A stretch of DNA of 64,000 nt from positions 7,492-71,491 of the forward strand of contig CATYXQ010000002.1 of assembly GCA_958414825.1 (NCBI GenBank), in the 5' to 3' direction. Within the stretch, counting starts at the first letter, position 1. Every line of letters begins with the position of its first letter. The position numbers were made by a program, and so were the translations under genes. The notes beneath the pieces are model-generated. The model ran no database searches, was not told the origin of the DNA, and was given only the letters and a program-made list of their open reading frames with translations. Source of the stretch: an uncultured Eubacteriales bacterium. GTDB lineage: Bacteria; Bacillota; Clostridia; Oscillospirales; CAG-272. Shown here piece by piece: positions 36,661 to 46,425 of this stretch.

Positions 36661-37167
36661 TCAAAAGGAAATTTTCAGCTTTTTGCGCCAGGCGAACACA
36701 TATGCGCGCAAAAGGCGGCTTAGCGCAATGTCGTATACAATAAAAACAAAATTGGAGAGCGCGAGGGCGAGCGCCTCAAACCAGACGGTTGAAACCGCGA
36801 ACAGGCGCAGTGCGAGCAGCATCACGCCGACGCAGACGTTTAGGAGAATCAGCTTGACCAGCCACTGCAAAGCGCCGTGCAGCCGCCGCTCGAACACGGA
36901 TTTGGCTATCGGGTAGAATCCGAGAAAGCCGCAGAAGAGGATCGCGGGCGTTTTGACGGGCAAAAGCAGAAAGGAGAGCACCGACGCGACCGCGTAGACC
37001 AAAAACGCCCACCGCGCGCCGAGTTCGACCAAAACGAGCGCGACGCACATGGAGGCGAGCGCGGCCACGGAGAGATCGAGCACGTCAAACAGCGCGCCGA
37101 TATACATCAATACCACCGCAAGCGCCGACAGGATTGCGGAAAATACAAGTTTTTTTGTTTTTTTCAT
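36661..37167 (-). CDS. Small polytopic membrane protein (third gene of the DUF5685-like/J-domain operon)
   Basis: 168 aa, 5 predicted TM helices, begins MKKTKKLVFSAILSALAVVLMYIG. Its ATG lies 1 nt after the J-protein stop. Confidence 0.6.
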   Translation of the reverse strand: MKKTKKLVFSAILSALAVVLMYIGALFDVLDLSVAALASMCVALVLVELGARWAFLVYAVASVLSFLLLPVKTPAILFCGFLGFYPIAKSVFERRLHGALQWLVKLILLNVCVGVMLLALRLFAVSTVWFEALALALSNFVFIVYDIALSRLLRAYVFAWRKKLKISF

Positions 37168-37168
37168 A

Positions 37169-37825
37169 TCAGCAGCAGGGAATCAAGTCGCCGCCCATGC
37201 ATTCGCAGCAGCAGTCGGCGCAGATCAAATTGGTGCAGCAGTCGCAGCCGCTGCCGCCGCAAACGCGGCCGCCCTCGGCAGAATAAGACTGAGACATGTG
37301 TTCGAGATTGAGGCGGGCGCTGCGGTATTCCGGATTGTACGGATCCATGCGGCAGGCCGTGTCGAAAAATTTTGCCGCGTCGTGATACCAGCCGCGGCGA
37401 AGCAGAACGCATCCTTTGAGAAAGTTCCATTCCGCGTCCCGCGACGCGGTCGGTATGGCGTCGAGCGCCGCTTCGGCCTGCGAAAAAGCGCCCGCGTTAA
37501 TCATGCGACGAATCTGCGCATACCGCGCGTCCGACGAACCGGAACCGGCGGAGCCGTAGAACGAGCCTGAGCCGTAGGCGGTATTTGCGCCGTGCGCCCC
37601 GCCTGATCCCTTGCCCGAACGGAGCGCGTTGATTTCATCATACGCTTCGTTGATCTGCTTCATTTTTTCATTGGCGATTTCTTTTAGATCCTCGTCAATG
37701 TATTTGTCGGGGTGGTATTTTTTGGCCAGCGCGCGGTAGGCGGTCTTGATCTCCTCATCCGTGGCGCTTTCAGGCACCCCCAAAACTTCATATGGATTCC
37801 TGCTCAAGCTCTTCTCCTTTGCCAT
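37169..37825 (-). CDS. J-domain protein with TPR-like middle region and C-terminal cysteine string
   Basis: ATG 37825 ([42 protein letters not shown], with the HPD motif). The tail [34 protein letters not shown] has 11 Cys in the last 34 residues. Confidence 0.85.
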   Translation of the reverse strand: MAKEKSLSRNPYEVLGVPESATDEEIKTAYRALAKKYHPDKYIDEDLKEIANEKMKQINEAYDEINALRSGKGSGGAHGANTAYGSGSFYGSAGSGSSDARYAQIRRMINAGAFSQAEAALDAIPTASRDAEWNFLKGCVLLRRGWYHDAAKFFDTACRMDPYNPEYRSARLNLEHMSQSYSAEGGRVCGGSGCDCCTNLICADCCCECMGGDLIPCC

Positions 37826-38663
37826 GCCCGAGGACGGCGTGCGCCCGCTGCGGCATTCCAAGATATAGTATATTTTGCGTGATTTTCGAGAGATCGCCGT
37901 CGCTCTCGTCGCTGCAAAGCGCATAAGCGTCCGCCGCGGCCTGCAGGTCATAGCGAAGCGTCATTTCCACAATCGAGCGCCGGTCGCTGTCGAGCGTTTC
38001 GCCGTACAGCAGCAAAAAGGGATTATAAGCGCTGCGCTTTGCGTCCCGCTCCATGTCGTCGGCCGCGTCCAGCGTATAGATCCAGCGCCCGGTGCGAAAA
38101 CCGATTTCGCGCGCGATCGCCGCCTCTTTTTGCAAAAGCCCGTGCGAAAATACCGCGCCAAGCAGCCTGCCGAACAGATCCGCCGGCGCGTCCACGCTCG
38201 GCAGCCGCTCGGCTTCCAGCGCGGAAAGCTCGGAGAGCCGCGCTGTGATTTCCGTTTCGAGCGCCGGGAGTCCGGCGCGCCGGACTGCGCGGTTCGCGGG
38301 AATCTTCAGCAGATGCAAAAGCATTCTGCGCGCGCCGCGCTCGTCTGCCAGATCGTCGCGGAGCTTGCCGTCAAAGAGGAGCGCGTTGGTCTTTGCCGCA
38401 TAGCGGAGCGCCTCGTCCGGCTGCAAAAATAAGCGCCGACGCAGGGGATGCAGCGCGCATCGGCCATACACGAATTGCGGCTTTATTTTTAAAACCGAAG
38501 CGCGGATCAGGTACAGAAACACCATGTCGTAGGAGAGCGTCATTCGGGCGCATTGTCCCGTGCAGCGCCCGATGGCACGGCAAAGACCGCAGTAAATGCC
38601 GCGGTACAGACCGTCCAGCCGCACCGTAAGTTCGGGGCGCGCCGCCCTGACATAACCGAACAT
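37788..38663 (-). CDS. DUF5685-like protein with N-terminal CxxCx5Cx3C cluster
   Basis: [52 protein letters not shown]. Family name is from memory. The 3' end overlaps the J-protein start by 38 nt. Confidence 0.6.
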   Translation of the reverse strand: MFGYVRAARPELTVRLDGLYRGIYCGLCRAIGRCTGQCARMTLSYDMVFLYLIRASVLKIKPQFVYGRCALHPLRRRLFLQPDEALRYAAKTNALLFDGKLRDDLADERGARRMLLHLLKIPANRAVRRAGLPALETEITARLSELSALEAERLPSVDAPADLFGRLLGAVFSHGLLQKEAAIAREIGFRTGRWIYTLDAADDMERDAKRSAYNPFLLLYGETLDSDRRSIVEMTLRYDLQAAADAYALCSDESDGDLSKITQNILYLGMPQRAHAVLGHGKGEELEQESI

Positions 38664-38993
38664 AGTTATCCTCCATCCGAAAACATATAACGACAGACAC
38701 GGCGCCGCGCGGACCGGCAGAAAGTCTGATATAGTATTATTTTACTACATCGGCGTTTTTTTATCAAGACGCTTTCAAAAATATGCCGCAACATTCACAA
38801 AACAGACAGATTACAGGGCAAAAATCGGGGACGGCGGCCTGAAAACAGAGGGACGAGGCCGTTTTTCTTTCGTAAAGTCTATTTTGCGGACAGACCAAAA
38901 GCCGGCGGCATGGGCTTGTAATCAGAATTTCCCAGTTTTTCAATGCGGCGGGACCGTAACCGCCCCGGCAGCGCTTTTATGGGACGCAGTTTG

Positions 38994-39737
38994 CTATTCG
39001 TTTTGGTTTGCGTCAAGCACGGCCGCGGCAGCCGCGCTTTGCAGAATGCGCGCCGTCTCCTTTTTCAGATCGGCCGTATAGGAAAGTCCTTCGGGCGATA
39101 CGCCGAAAAGGGCGGCAAAATGGCAGAGCGCCGCAAGATAGCTTCCGGAAACGGATGGGTGGGAATGATCCGGGTTGTAGAGTTCGATTTCTGGAAAATG
39201 CGCGCCGACCTCCGAAAACGCCGCGCCCACGGGCGAGCGTCCGCACGCAAGCGCTTTTGCCGCGCCGGCGTACGCTTTTGCAAGTTTTTCGGTCATAGAC
39301 TGGTTTGTCCAGCCGTGCTTTGTCAGCGTTTCGCTTGGTTCCCGGCGTCCCCAGGTCTGGTACAGATAGATGCGCGCGCCGTGCGCGCGAAGCTTGTCGC
39401 AGAGTGCGCGCGCGGACGCCAAAAACGCATCCGGATCCGACGCCGGAAGTACGCTTTGCTCCTGCAAAAACGCCGTGTCAAAGCGATTTGTCTCTAAGAG
39501 ACTGCGCAGCTTTTCGTAAAGCGGATCCGCGGAATCCTCAAACTGCCGGAGAAAACAGCCGCCGCGCGTGACCGACTCAACCTTGACCGTATATCCCGCC
39601 GCCGCGCACGCGGAGCCGAACATGCCCGGCATATCGTTAAAATAGGTATAGCTGTTCCCTAAAAAGAGCACCGAGCGGACGGGAGACGGTTCTGTGCCGT
39701 GCGCCGCGTCTTTTTTTACTGTATTCGGATGATTCAT
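38994..39737 (-). CDS. SGNH/GDSL-like hydrolase family protein
   Basis: ATG 39737 (MNHPNTV). VLFLGNSYTYFNDMP (block I, GNS in place of GDS) and a late DHSHP (block V-like DxxH). Confidence 0.6.
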   Translation of the reverse strand: MNHPNTVKKDAAHGTEPSPVRSVLFLGNSYTYFNDMPGMFGSACAAAGYTVKVESVTRGGCFLRQFEDSADPLYEKLRSLLETNRFDTAFLQEQSVLPASDPDAFLASARALCDKLRAHGARIYLYQTWGRREPSETLTKHGWTNQSMTEKLAKAYAGAAKALACGRSPVGAAFSEVGAHFPEIELYNPDHSHPSVSGSYLAALCHFAALFGVSPEGLSYTADLKKETARILQSAAAAAVLDANQNE

Positions 39738-39900
39738 AAGAATCCCTGCCTTTCTCTGTTTTGTTCTATCATACCATAAAATCGGAAAAAAGAAAGACAA
39801 AAATGAAAAATAGACGCGCTTGCTTTATGCGCGCGGATGTGATACACTGTAAGCATTGCGGCGCATTTAAGCCGCGCGCGGAAAAGGGAGGACTTTCCAA

Positions 39901-40692
39901 TTGACGAAAGAGGAATGCTTTGAAATCGCCGTGCGGCAGTCGGCGGTGGAACTCGGCTGCGCGCCGTCGGATTTTGTCCGGGGCGAAAATCTCGTACTGC
40001 CAGCGTCGCCCGCCAATCCGGCGGCTCGGAAATATCTCGCGATGCCGCAGGCCTGTACGCTGGTTTCCTATGGCAGCAACGTCGTGGCGACCGCGTCGGA
40101 TGCGCTTTTTCCGATTGTGCGCGGCTATGTTTCGCGCTATGCGGCGGCGCATTGCTTTGAAACGCCGAATTTGCTTGTGCTGGAAGACGCGCTGGCAAAA
40201 CACGGCTTTCGCGTATGCTTTATGGCCGAGTATTTTTTGCCGGATCCCGCGCGCATTTTACCGGGGGAATGCGGTTTTACGGTAAAACCGATGAGGGCGG
40301 CCGATTTTGCGACCCTGTATCTGCCCGAGTGGAGCAACGCGCTCTGTGAAAAGCGGCGCGAGTTGGATGTGCTCGGCATGGGCGCGTACGACGGGGCGCG
40401 CCTTGTGGGGCTTGCGGCCTGCTCCGCCGACTGCGCGGACATGTGGCAGATCGGCGTGGACGTTTTGCCGGCGTATCGTGCGCGCGGAATCGCTTCGGCG
40501 CTGACCGCTCGTCTGGCGCTGGCCGTTCTTGAGCGCGGCAAGGTTCCGTTTTACTGCGCTGCATGGTCAAATCTGCGCTCGGTACGCAATGCGCTGCGCA
40601 GCGGATTTTATCCCGCGTGGGTCGAGCTTGCCGCAAAGCCGACGGATTTTGTGGAGCGGATGAACCGGGAGAGCGAGCATCGGGATGCGTGA
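39901..40692 (+). CDS. GNAT-family N-acetyltransferase
   Basis: TTG start. C-terminal half VGLAACSADCADMWQIGVDVLPAYRARGIASALTARLALAVLERGKVPFY fits GNAT motif A (R-x-x-G-x-A). Confidence 0.7.
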   Translation: MTKEECFEIAVRQSAVELGCAPSDFVRGENLVLPASPANPAARKYLAMPQACTLVSYGSNVVATASDALFPIVRGYVSRYAAAHCFETPNLLVLEDALAKHGFRVCFMAEYFLPDPARILPGECGFTVKPMRAADFATLYLPEWSNALCEKRRELDVLGMGAYDGARLVGLAACSADCADMWQIGVDVLPAYRARGIASALTARLALAVLERGKVPFYCAAWSNLRSVRNALRSGFYPAWVELAAKPTDFVERMNRESEHRDA

Positions 40693-40849
40693 ACGATATG
40701 GACGGCGGTAGGAAGCGTCCGTGGCCACGGACGCTTTGGCGGCGCGCGCTGCCGACAAACGGCGGAGCGCCTGCCGCGGGTCGAACCGATCTGAGGAGAA
40801 ACAAAAAACTTGGACTTTTGAATTATTATCGGCAAATGAGGAGGTCAAT

Positions 40850-41431
40850 ATGTTTAGCTGGATCAACTTTTTGTCTTATGCCGTAATTACGGCTGTTACG
40901 CCCGGTCCCAACAACATCATGTCCATGTCCAATGCGAGTAAATTTGGTTTCAGGAAGTCGGTTCCGTTCAATCTCGGTATCTGGGCGGGCTTTTCGGCGG
41001 TCATGCTGATCTGTACCTTTTTCTGCAATACGCTCTCGGCAGTGATCCCCAAAATCAAAATGCCGATGCTCGTAATCGGCGCTTTGTATATGCTTTGGTT
41101 GGCCTGGAAAACCTTTAAAAGCTCTTCGGTTATTGAGGAAGATCATTCCCGCAGCGGTTTTTTGTCCGGTCTTGCGCTTCAGTTCATTAATCCTAAAATT
41201 TATATTTATGGCATTGTTTCGATGGAAGCGTATATTCTTCCGTTCTATCAGGGGCAATGGAGCGCGCTTATTTTCTTTGCGCTTTTGCTTGCGTTTATCG
41301 GTTTTGTCTTTACTGTATGTTGGTCGCTCTTTGGGGCGGTGTTCCAATTGCTGTTCTCCAGGTATGCAAAAATAACGAATACCGTTATGGCGCTGTTGCT
41401 GGTATACTGCGCCGTATCCCTGTTCCTGTAA
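40850..41431 (+). CDS. LysE/RhtB-family amino-acid exporter (EamB-like)
   Basis: ATG 40850 after gaggaggt. MFSWINFLSYAVITAVTPGPNNIMSMSNA matches the LysE-family N-terminus. 6 TM. Confidence 0.85.
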   Translation: MFSWINFLSYAVITAVTPGPNNIMSMSNASKFGFRKSVPFNLGIWAGFSAVMLICTFFCNTLSAVIPKIKMPMLVIGALYMLWLAWKTFKSSSVIEEDHSRSGFLSGLALQFINPKIYIYGIVSMEAYILPFYQGQWSALIFFALLLAFIGFVFTVCWSLFGAVFQLLFSRYAKITNTVMALLLVYCAVSLFL

Positions 41432-41495
41432 AGCAGGACGCTTTTGCTGCGCGTTTTTTGTCGAAAAAATGACCGTATCTTTTCTCAAATTCAAA

Positions 41496-41524
41496 TTGAC
41501 ATTTTACTGGAAAAAATGTATGAT
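41496..41524 (+). promoter_or_regulatory. Putative promoter of the orphan regulator
   Basis: TTGACA (41496-41501), 17-nt spacer, TATGAT (41519-41524). Confidence 0.5.
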
Positions 41525-41584
41525 TATATATGTGATAGAACTGTTATTTTAGCTCCTTGAAAGGAAAGGTGATCCCTGAATTAT

Positions 41585-42169
41585 ATGGATGTATGCGTTG
41601 TAACCAATGATAAAAAAATCGCGCGTTTTCTTATGCTGGAACTTGAAGAGGCGGGCGTTGACGTTCATGTTTGCGAAAATTTTTCCATGCCCGCACAGCT
41701 GTATATATGCGATTTGGACTTTCTTCCGCCGGATACGGAATTTCCCGCCGATGTGATTGGATTTTCCTCTGATCCGGAAAAGTCCAAAATTGTGAGTTTG
41801 TTCTTCGGACGGCCGATTGACGCCAGGTTTATGCGCCAGACGGTTATGAAAATTTTGGAAGAGACCCGCGACATGCGCCGTGCGCGCACATTGGCCGTCA
41901 ATATGAATACGCGGCGCGTGTTCGGTCCGTACGGGGACGTTCGCCTGTCGATCAAGGAACTCAGACTGTTTACAGCCCTCAAAGAGGCGGGAACGCTGAC
42001 ACGCGAAGAGGCTGCCGCGTTTTTCGGCGATTCGGAGAGCAATGTTCTGGATGTTTATATGCACTATCTGCGCAAAAAACTGAAAACGGTCTGCCAGGTG
42101 GACATTATTGCCGCCAAGCGGCGGGTCGGCTATTCGTTCCGCGATGACGTAAAGGTCAATATTCTGTGA
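41585..42169 (+). CDS. Orphan OmpR/PhoB-type winged-helix regulator with a degenerate receiver domain
   Basis: C-terminus LSIKELRLFTALKEAGTLTREEAAAFFGDSESNVLDVYMHYLRKKL...VGYSF (Trans_reg_C type). The N-terminal receiver-like fold has TND in place of the acidic DD pair and GRPID in place of KP. No kinase gene nearby. Confidence 0.7.
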   Translation: MDVCVVTNDKKIARFLMLELEEAGVDVHVCENFSMPAQLYICDLDFLPPDTEFPADVIGFSSDPEKSKIVSLFFGRPIDARFMRQTVMKILEETRDMRRARTLAVNMNTRRVFGPYGDVRLSIKELRLFTALKEAGTLTREEAAAFFGDSESNVLDVYMHYLRKKLKTVCQVDIIAAKRRVGYSFRDDVKVNIL

Positions 42170-42216
42170 CGAATTGGACAAAAAAGGCTTCCCCGCGGGG
42201 AAGCTTTTTTTATAAT

Positions 42217-43221
42217 TCAAAAATCAAGCGTGCCGGACGTGCGGATTTCTTTGAGCAGCATTTTGAGCGCTTCGCGTCCGTCTTTTGCATGGATTGTACA
42301 GCCCGCCGCCGAAATATGCCCGCCGCCGCCGAATGCCGCCGCAATCTCCGAAACGCGCGTTTGATTGTTTCCGCGCAGGGAAACGCGGTATACGCCGGCC
42401 TCATCTGTCGCTTTGACGACAATTGCAGCGCGCACGCCGCGCACGCTGCGCACAATGTCCACGGCGGTATCAAAATCGGTATACGCAAGTTCTTCTGAAA
42501 AGCAGTCCCGGTCGATTACCACCGCCGCGACGCGGCCATCTTCATAAAGCTCAATCGAGCTTTGCACAATGCTCTCTGCGCGAAGCTGGCCTGGTTCTTT
42601 TGTGTCAAACAGCTGCAGATTGATCGAGGCCGCGGGCGTACCGGCCGCGATCATGCGGGCGGCGCGGAAATGCGTGCCCGGCGTCACATTGGAATACTTG
42701 AAGCACCCCGTATCCGAACTGACCGCGCCGTAGGCTGCAGCAACCGCTGCGGAGGGAATGGCGGGAATCAGTTCCAGCGCGGCGGCTCGCTCGCACAAAT
42801 CAAAAATGATCTCTCCGACAGCGGCGGCCTCGGCGCGGACAAACTCAAACTGCGCATACGGATTTCCGACGTCGTGATGGTCTATCCGCAGATAGACCCG
42901 TCCTGCGAGCGGTTCTGCCAGCGCGCCGAGCTGGTCGGGCGATGCGACGTCCACGCAGAGAATCTGCCGGGTTTCGAGATCATCGGGCAGCGAGGGGCGG
43001 ACCGAGAGGCCGCCGAGCAAAAAGGCGAGCCGTTTCGGCACCGGGTCAGGGAACAAAATCTCCGCTCGCCGCCCCATGCAGCGCAGAAGATGCGCAAGCG
43101 CGGCGGCGCTGCCGACACAGTCGCCGTCCGGACGCCGGTGTCCGATAATCAGCGCGTTTTGCGCTGTGCAAACCTTGTCAAAAAGGCGCAGAAAGTCCAA
43201 ACTATTCATGGTTGTCTCCAT
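42217..43221 (-). CDS. nrnA: DHH-family phosphoesterase (NrnA-like oligoribonuclease/pAp phosphatase)
   Basis: HRRPDGDCVGSAAAL, IDHHD and GGGGHISAAG (DHH/DHHA1 motifs). Downstream of rbfA. Confidence 0.85.
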   Translation of the reverse strand: METTMNSLDFLRLFDKVCTAQNALIIGHRRPDGDCVGSAAALAHLLRCMGRRAEILFPDPVPKRLAFLLGGLSVRPSLPDDLETRQILCVDVASPDQLGALAEPLAGRVYLRIDHHDVGNPYAQFEFVRAEAAAVGEIIFDLCERAAALELIPAIPSAAVAAAYGAVSSDTGCFKYSNVTPGTHFRAARMIAAGTPAASINLQLFDTKEPGQLRAESIVQSSIELYEDGRVAAVVIDRDCFSEELAYTDFDTAVDIVRSVRGVRAAIVVKATDEAGVYRVSLRGNNQTRVSEIAAAFGGGGHISAAGCTIHAKDGREALKMLLKEIRTSGTLDF

Positions 43222-43579
43222 TGTCTCCGTCTCCGCGCTTTTCCGTGCCGATCTCTGACAAGAGCTTTGCGATATGCGCGCCGTGTTCGAGCGAGCGGTC
43301 GTGCCGGAAGCTGAACTGCGGCGTATTGCGCAGATTCAGCCGCGCGGCGATTTCGCGCCGGATAAAGCCGGCGGCGCTTTCCAGTCCCTTTTTTGTTTCC
43401 TCTGGGTCGCCCGCAAGAACTGAGAAATACACCGTGGCATATTTCAGGTCGGGTGTGACCTCGGCAGCCGTGACGCTGACCATCGCCCCCTGTACGCGCG
43501 GGTCCTTGACCTCGCGCAGCAGTGCGGAAAGCTCGCGCCGCACCTCGTCATTGATTCTTCCCCGTCTGTAATTTGGCAT
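43202..43579 (-). CDS. rbfA: Ribosome-binding factor A
   Basis: RRGRINDEVRRELSALLREVKDPRV...VTAAEVTPDLKYATVYFSV is typical RbfA. 20-nt overlap with nrnA. Confidence 0.93.
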   Translation of the reverse strand: MPNYRRGRINDEVRRELSALLREVKDPRVQGAMVSVTAAEVTPDLKYATVYFSVLAGDPEETKKGLESAAGFIRREIAARLNLRNTPQFSFRHDRSLEHGAHIAKLLSEIGTEKRGDGDNGDNHE

Positions 43580-43896
43580 ATTTCCCCCAAAAAGCGTTCA
43601 TTTGTATTTTTTCGGCGCCCCGCGCCAAGAACAGGCGCGCTCCGGATTGAACTCAATACTTTTATTATACCCAGCCTTGCGCGCAAGTTCAATAGAATTT
43701 TTACATAAATATAAGCTTTTCTGAGAAATTTGCGGAAAAGACGTGCGAATACAGTTGATTTTTGACCCGCCAGGGACTATAATAATGATGTTATGAAAGT
43801 ATACTTGGGTTTTTATACCCAGACGGCAAAACCAGAAAACGAATGCGGCGCGCCGGCCTTTGAAGCGCCGGTTCTTTGCAAAGGAGAGAGCGGAAT

Positions 43897-44385
43897 ATGG
43901 AGAGAGTTTCCAAGGACAATTATTATCTGGACATCGCCGAAACTGTTTCGGAACGCAGTACCTGTCTGCGCCGCCGTTTCGGTTCGATTATCGTAAAGAA
44001 CGACGTGATTGTTTCGACCGGCTACAACGGTGCGCCGCGCGGCCGCAAAAACTGCACCGACCTCGGCTTTTGCAAACGTGACGAACTCAACATCCCGCGC
44101 GGCGAACGGTATGAACTTTGCCGCTCGGTGCATTCCGAGGCCAACGCCATCATTGCCGCTTCACGCGCGGATATGCTCGGTTCGACCCTCTATATGTGCT
44201 GCACGCTTCCGCCGCACGGCGAGCTTGCCGCCGGTACGGCCAACTGCATGATGTGCAAGCGCCAGATCATCAACGCCGGCATCGAATGGGTGGTCATCCG
44301 CGACACGAAAGAGGAGTACCGCCGCATCCGCGTGGCCGACTGGCTTGAAAACGACGACAGTTTAGGCGACAAGCTCGGATACTGA
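43897..44385 (+). CDS. dCMP deaminase (ComEB-type)
   Basis: ATG 43897 after aaaggagag. Zinc motifs HSEANAI and CMMCKRQIINAGI. YYLDIAETVSERSTCLRRRFGSIIV. Confidence 0.9.
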   Translation: MERVSKDNYYLDIAETVSERSTCLRRRFGSIIVKNDVIVSTGYNGAPRGRKNCTDLGFCKRDELNIPRGERYELCRSVHSEANAIIAASRADMLGSTLYMCCTLPPHGELAAGTANCMMCKRQIINAGIEWVVIRDTKEEYRRIRVADWLENDDSLGDKLGY

Positions 44386-44414
44386 CTGTAAACGCGCAAA
44401 GGCAAGGTGATAAC

Positions 44415-44918
44415 TTGAAAACCGAAGAAAACGTATTGATTTTGAAGCATCCGCTGACCAGGGAAATCCGCATGTACTGCTTTGTCTGCACCGGCAACAC
44501 CTGCCGTTCTCCGATGGCGGCGGCGCTGCTCAACCATCTTGGGCAGAGCCGCGGGATTTTCGCGTTCAGCCGCGGCATAGCGGCAGTGCCGGGCGCGCCG
44601 ATTGCCGAAAACGCCGTAAAGGCGCTGCGGGACGCGGGCATTGAACCTGTGGGGCGCAATGATTACACCAGGCACCGCGCGTCCCCGCTCACGCGCGGGG
44701 ATCTTGAAACATGCGACGGCGTATTTGCACTGACGCCGGTTCATGCGCAGCAGATTCTGCTTGCGTTCCCGGAATTTGCCGGAAAGGTAAAGGCGCTCGG
44801 CGACATCGCCGATCCTTACGGCGGCGCGCCTGAGCAGTACGCGGCCTGTCTTGAACAGATTCGCGATTCGCTCCGCGAACTGTTCCCCTATTTGTTTGAT
44901 CCGGATGCAAACGCCTGA
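44415..44918 (+). CDS. Low-molecular-weight protein tyrosine/arginine phosphatase
   Basis: P-loop CX5R: FVCTGNTCRSPMAAALL. The start is uncertain: TTG 44415 or ATG 44472, the latter giving the usual short N-terminus. Confidence 0.85.
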   Translation: MKTEENVLILKHPLTREIRMYCFVCTGNTCRSPMAAALLNHLGQSRGIFAFSRGIAAVPGAPIAENAVKALRDAGIEPVGRNDYTRHRASPLTRGDLETCDGVFALTPVHAQQILLAFPEFAGKVKALGDIADPYGGAPEQYAACLEQIRDSLRELFPYLFDPDANA

Positions 44919-45369
44919 GATTCGACCCGCAGGGCAGGCGGAGCTTGAAGCAATCAGCCGCCTGGAGCGGGAAAATTTTTCGTTTCCGTGGCCGCTTTCC
45001 GATTTTGAGCGTATGTTGGAGGGCGGCGATAAAATGCTGCTCTGCGCGGTTTTGGACGGCGTCTGCCTCGGCTACATCGGCCTGTATATCCTGCCGGACG
45101 GCGCGGAAATCATGACGCTTGCCGTAGAGATGGCCGCGCGCGGACGCGGCGTCGGCGGCCTTCTTGTCTCAGAGGCGCTGCGGCGGCTGCGAAGATGCGG
45201 CGTGCAGACGGTTTTTCTCGAAGTGCGCGCGGGCAACGCCGCCGCGCGGGCGCTGTATGAACGCTGCGGCTTCGTCCTTTGCGGCGCGCGGCGCGGCTAT
45301 TACAAAAAACCAACCGAGGACGCGGCGCTCTACCGCCTCGATTTTCCAAGCGGAAAAACCGGCGCATAA
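44905..45369 (+). CDS. rimI: Ribosomal-protein-alanine N-acetyltransferase
   Basis: ATG 44905 (MQTPEIRPAG). GNAT motif RGRGVGGLLVSEAL. Immediately upstream of tsaD, as in tsaB-rimI-tsaD clusters. Confidence 0.8.
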   Translation: MQTPEIRPAGQAELEAISRLERENFSFPWPLSDFERMLEGGDKMLLCAVLDGVCLGYIGLYILPDGAEIMTLAVEMAARGRGVGGLLVSEALRRLRRCGVQTVFLEVRAGNAAARALYERCGFVLCGARRGYYKKPTEDAALYRLDFPSGKTGA

Positions 45370-45422
45370 AATTTCACGTAAATTTGTCTGTCCGCGAATG
45401 GACGGCTGTAAGGAATACCTGC

Positions 45423-46424
45423 ATGTATATTTTAGGAATTGAAAGCTCCTGTGACGAAACCAGCGCGGCGGTCGTCGAAATGGACGGGCATACCCGCCGC
45501 ATCTGCTCCAATATCGTCGCTTCGCAAATCGACGTGCACCGCCTGTACGGCGGCGTCGTCCCCGAAATCGCGGGTCGGGCGCATATCGAAGTGATTTCAA
45601 ACGTGACTGCGCGCGCGCTCGGCGAGGCGGGCGTTTCGCTGGATACAATCGGCCTTGTCGCGGCGACCTCGCATCCGGGGCTGATCGGCGCGCTGCTCGT
45701 CGGCGTCAACTTTGCAAAATCGCTGGCCTTTGCCAACCGAATCCCGCTGTGCGGCGTCAATCATGTGCACGCGCATATCGCGGCCGCCTATCTCGCGCAT
45801 CCCGAACTTGTCCCGCCGTTTCTCGGCGTGGTGCTATCGGGCGGTCATACCTCCTTTTATCTTGTCCGGGATTACACTGACTTTGAGGAGGTCGGCTCCA
45901 CGCGGGACGACGCGGCGGGCGAAGCCTTTGATAAGATCGGCCGGGTGATCGGTCTGCCCTATCCGGGCGGAGCGGCGCTTGACGCGCTCGCCTATACCGG
46001 AAACCCGGACGCCTACCGGCTGCCCTCCCCTGCGCTTGCGGGCGACACGCTGGATTTCTCCTTTTCCGGACTGAAGACCGCCTCGCTCAATCTCCTGCAC
46101 ACGGCGGAGCAAAAGGGCGGTTCTGTTGACCGCGCGGATCTTGCCGCATCGTTTACCAAAGCGGTGACCGACGGCATTTCAAAAAAGCTCAGCGCCGCGC
46201 TGACGCGCTTTTCGCCGCGCGCGGTGGTGATTGCGGGCGGCGTCAGTGCAAATTCGCACATCCGCAAGGCGGCCGCGCGCATTGCCGGTTCGCATCGCGT
46301 CCCGCTGTATCTGCCGCCGCTCTCGCTTTGCGGCGACAACGCCGCTATGGTCGCAGCCCAGGGGTACTACAGCTTTCTTGCGGGCAAGCGGGACACGCCG
46401 GATTTAAACGCTTCGGCGGTATAA
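45423..46424 (+). CDS. tsaD: tRNA N6-adenosine threonylcarbamoyltransferase
   Basis: MYILGIESSCDETSAAVV, HIEVIS, GVNHVHAHI and VVIAGGVSAN, typical of Kae1/TsaD. Confidence 0.95.
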   Translation: MYILGIESSCDETSAAVVEMDGHTRRICSNIVASQIDVHRLYGGVVPEIAGRAHIEVISNVTARALGEAGVSLDTIGLVAATSHPGLIGALLVGVNFAKSLAFANRIPLCGVNHVHAHIAAAYLAHPELVPPFLGVVLSGGHTSFYLVRDYTDFEEVGSTRDDAAGEAFDKIGRVIGLPYPGGAALDALAYTGNPDAYRLPSPALAGDTLDFSFSGLKTASLNLLHTAEQKGGSVDRADLAASFTKAVTDGISKKLSAALTRFSPRAVVIAGGVSANSHIRKAAARIAGSHRVPLYLPPLSLCGDNAAMVAAQGYYSFLAGKRDTPDLNASAV

Positions 46425-46425
46425 C

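Noticed and set aside
40727-40750. 12-bp perfect palindrome aagcgtccgtgg/ccacggacgctt after the GNAT gene, plus following stems, considered as a riboswitch for the LysE-type exporter.
   Set aside because: No match to lysine, glycine or other amino-acid riboswitch cores that I can recall. It is most simply a loop-less terminator-like hairpin.
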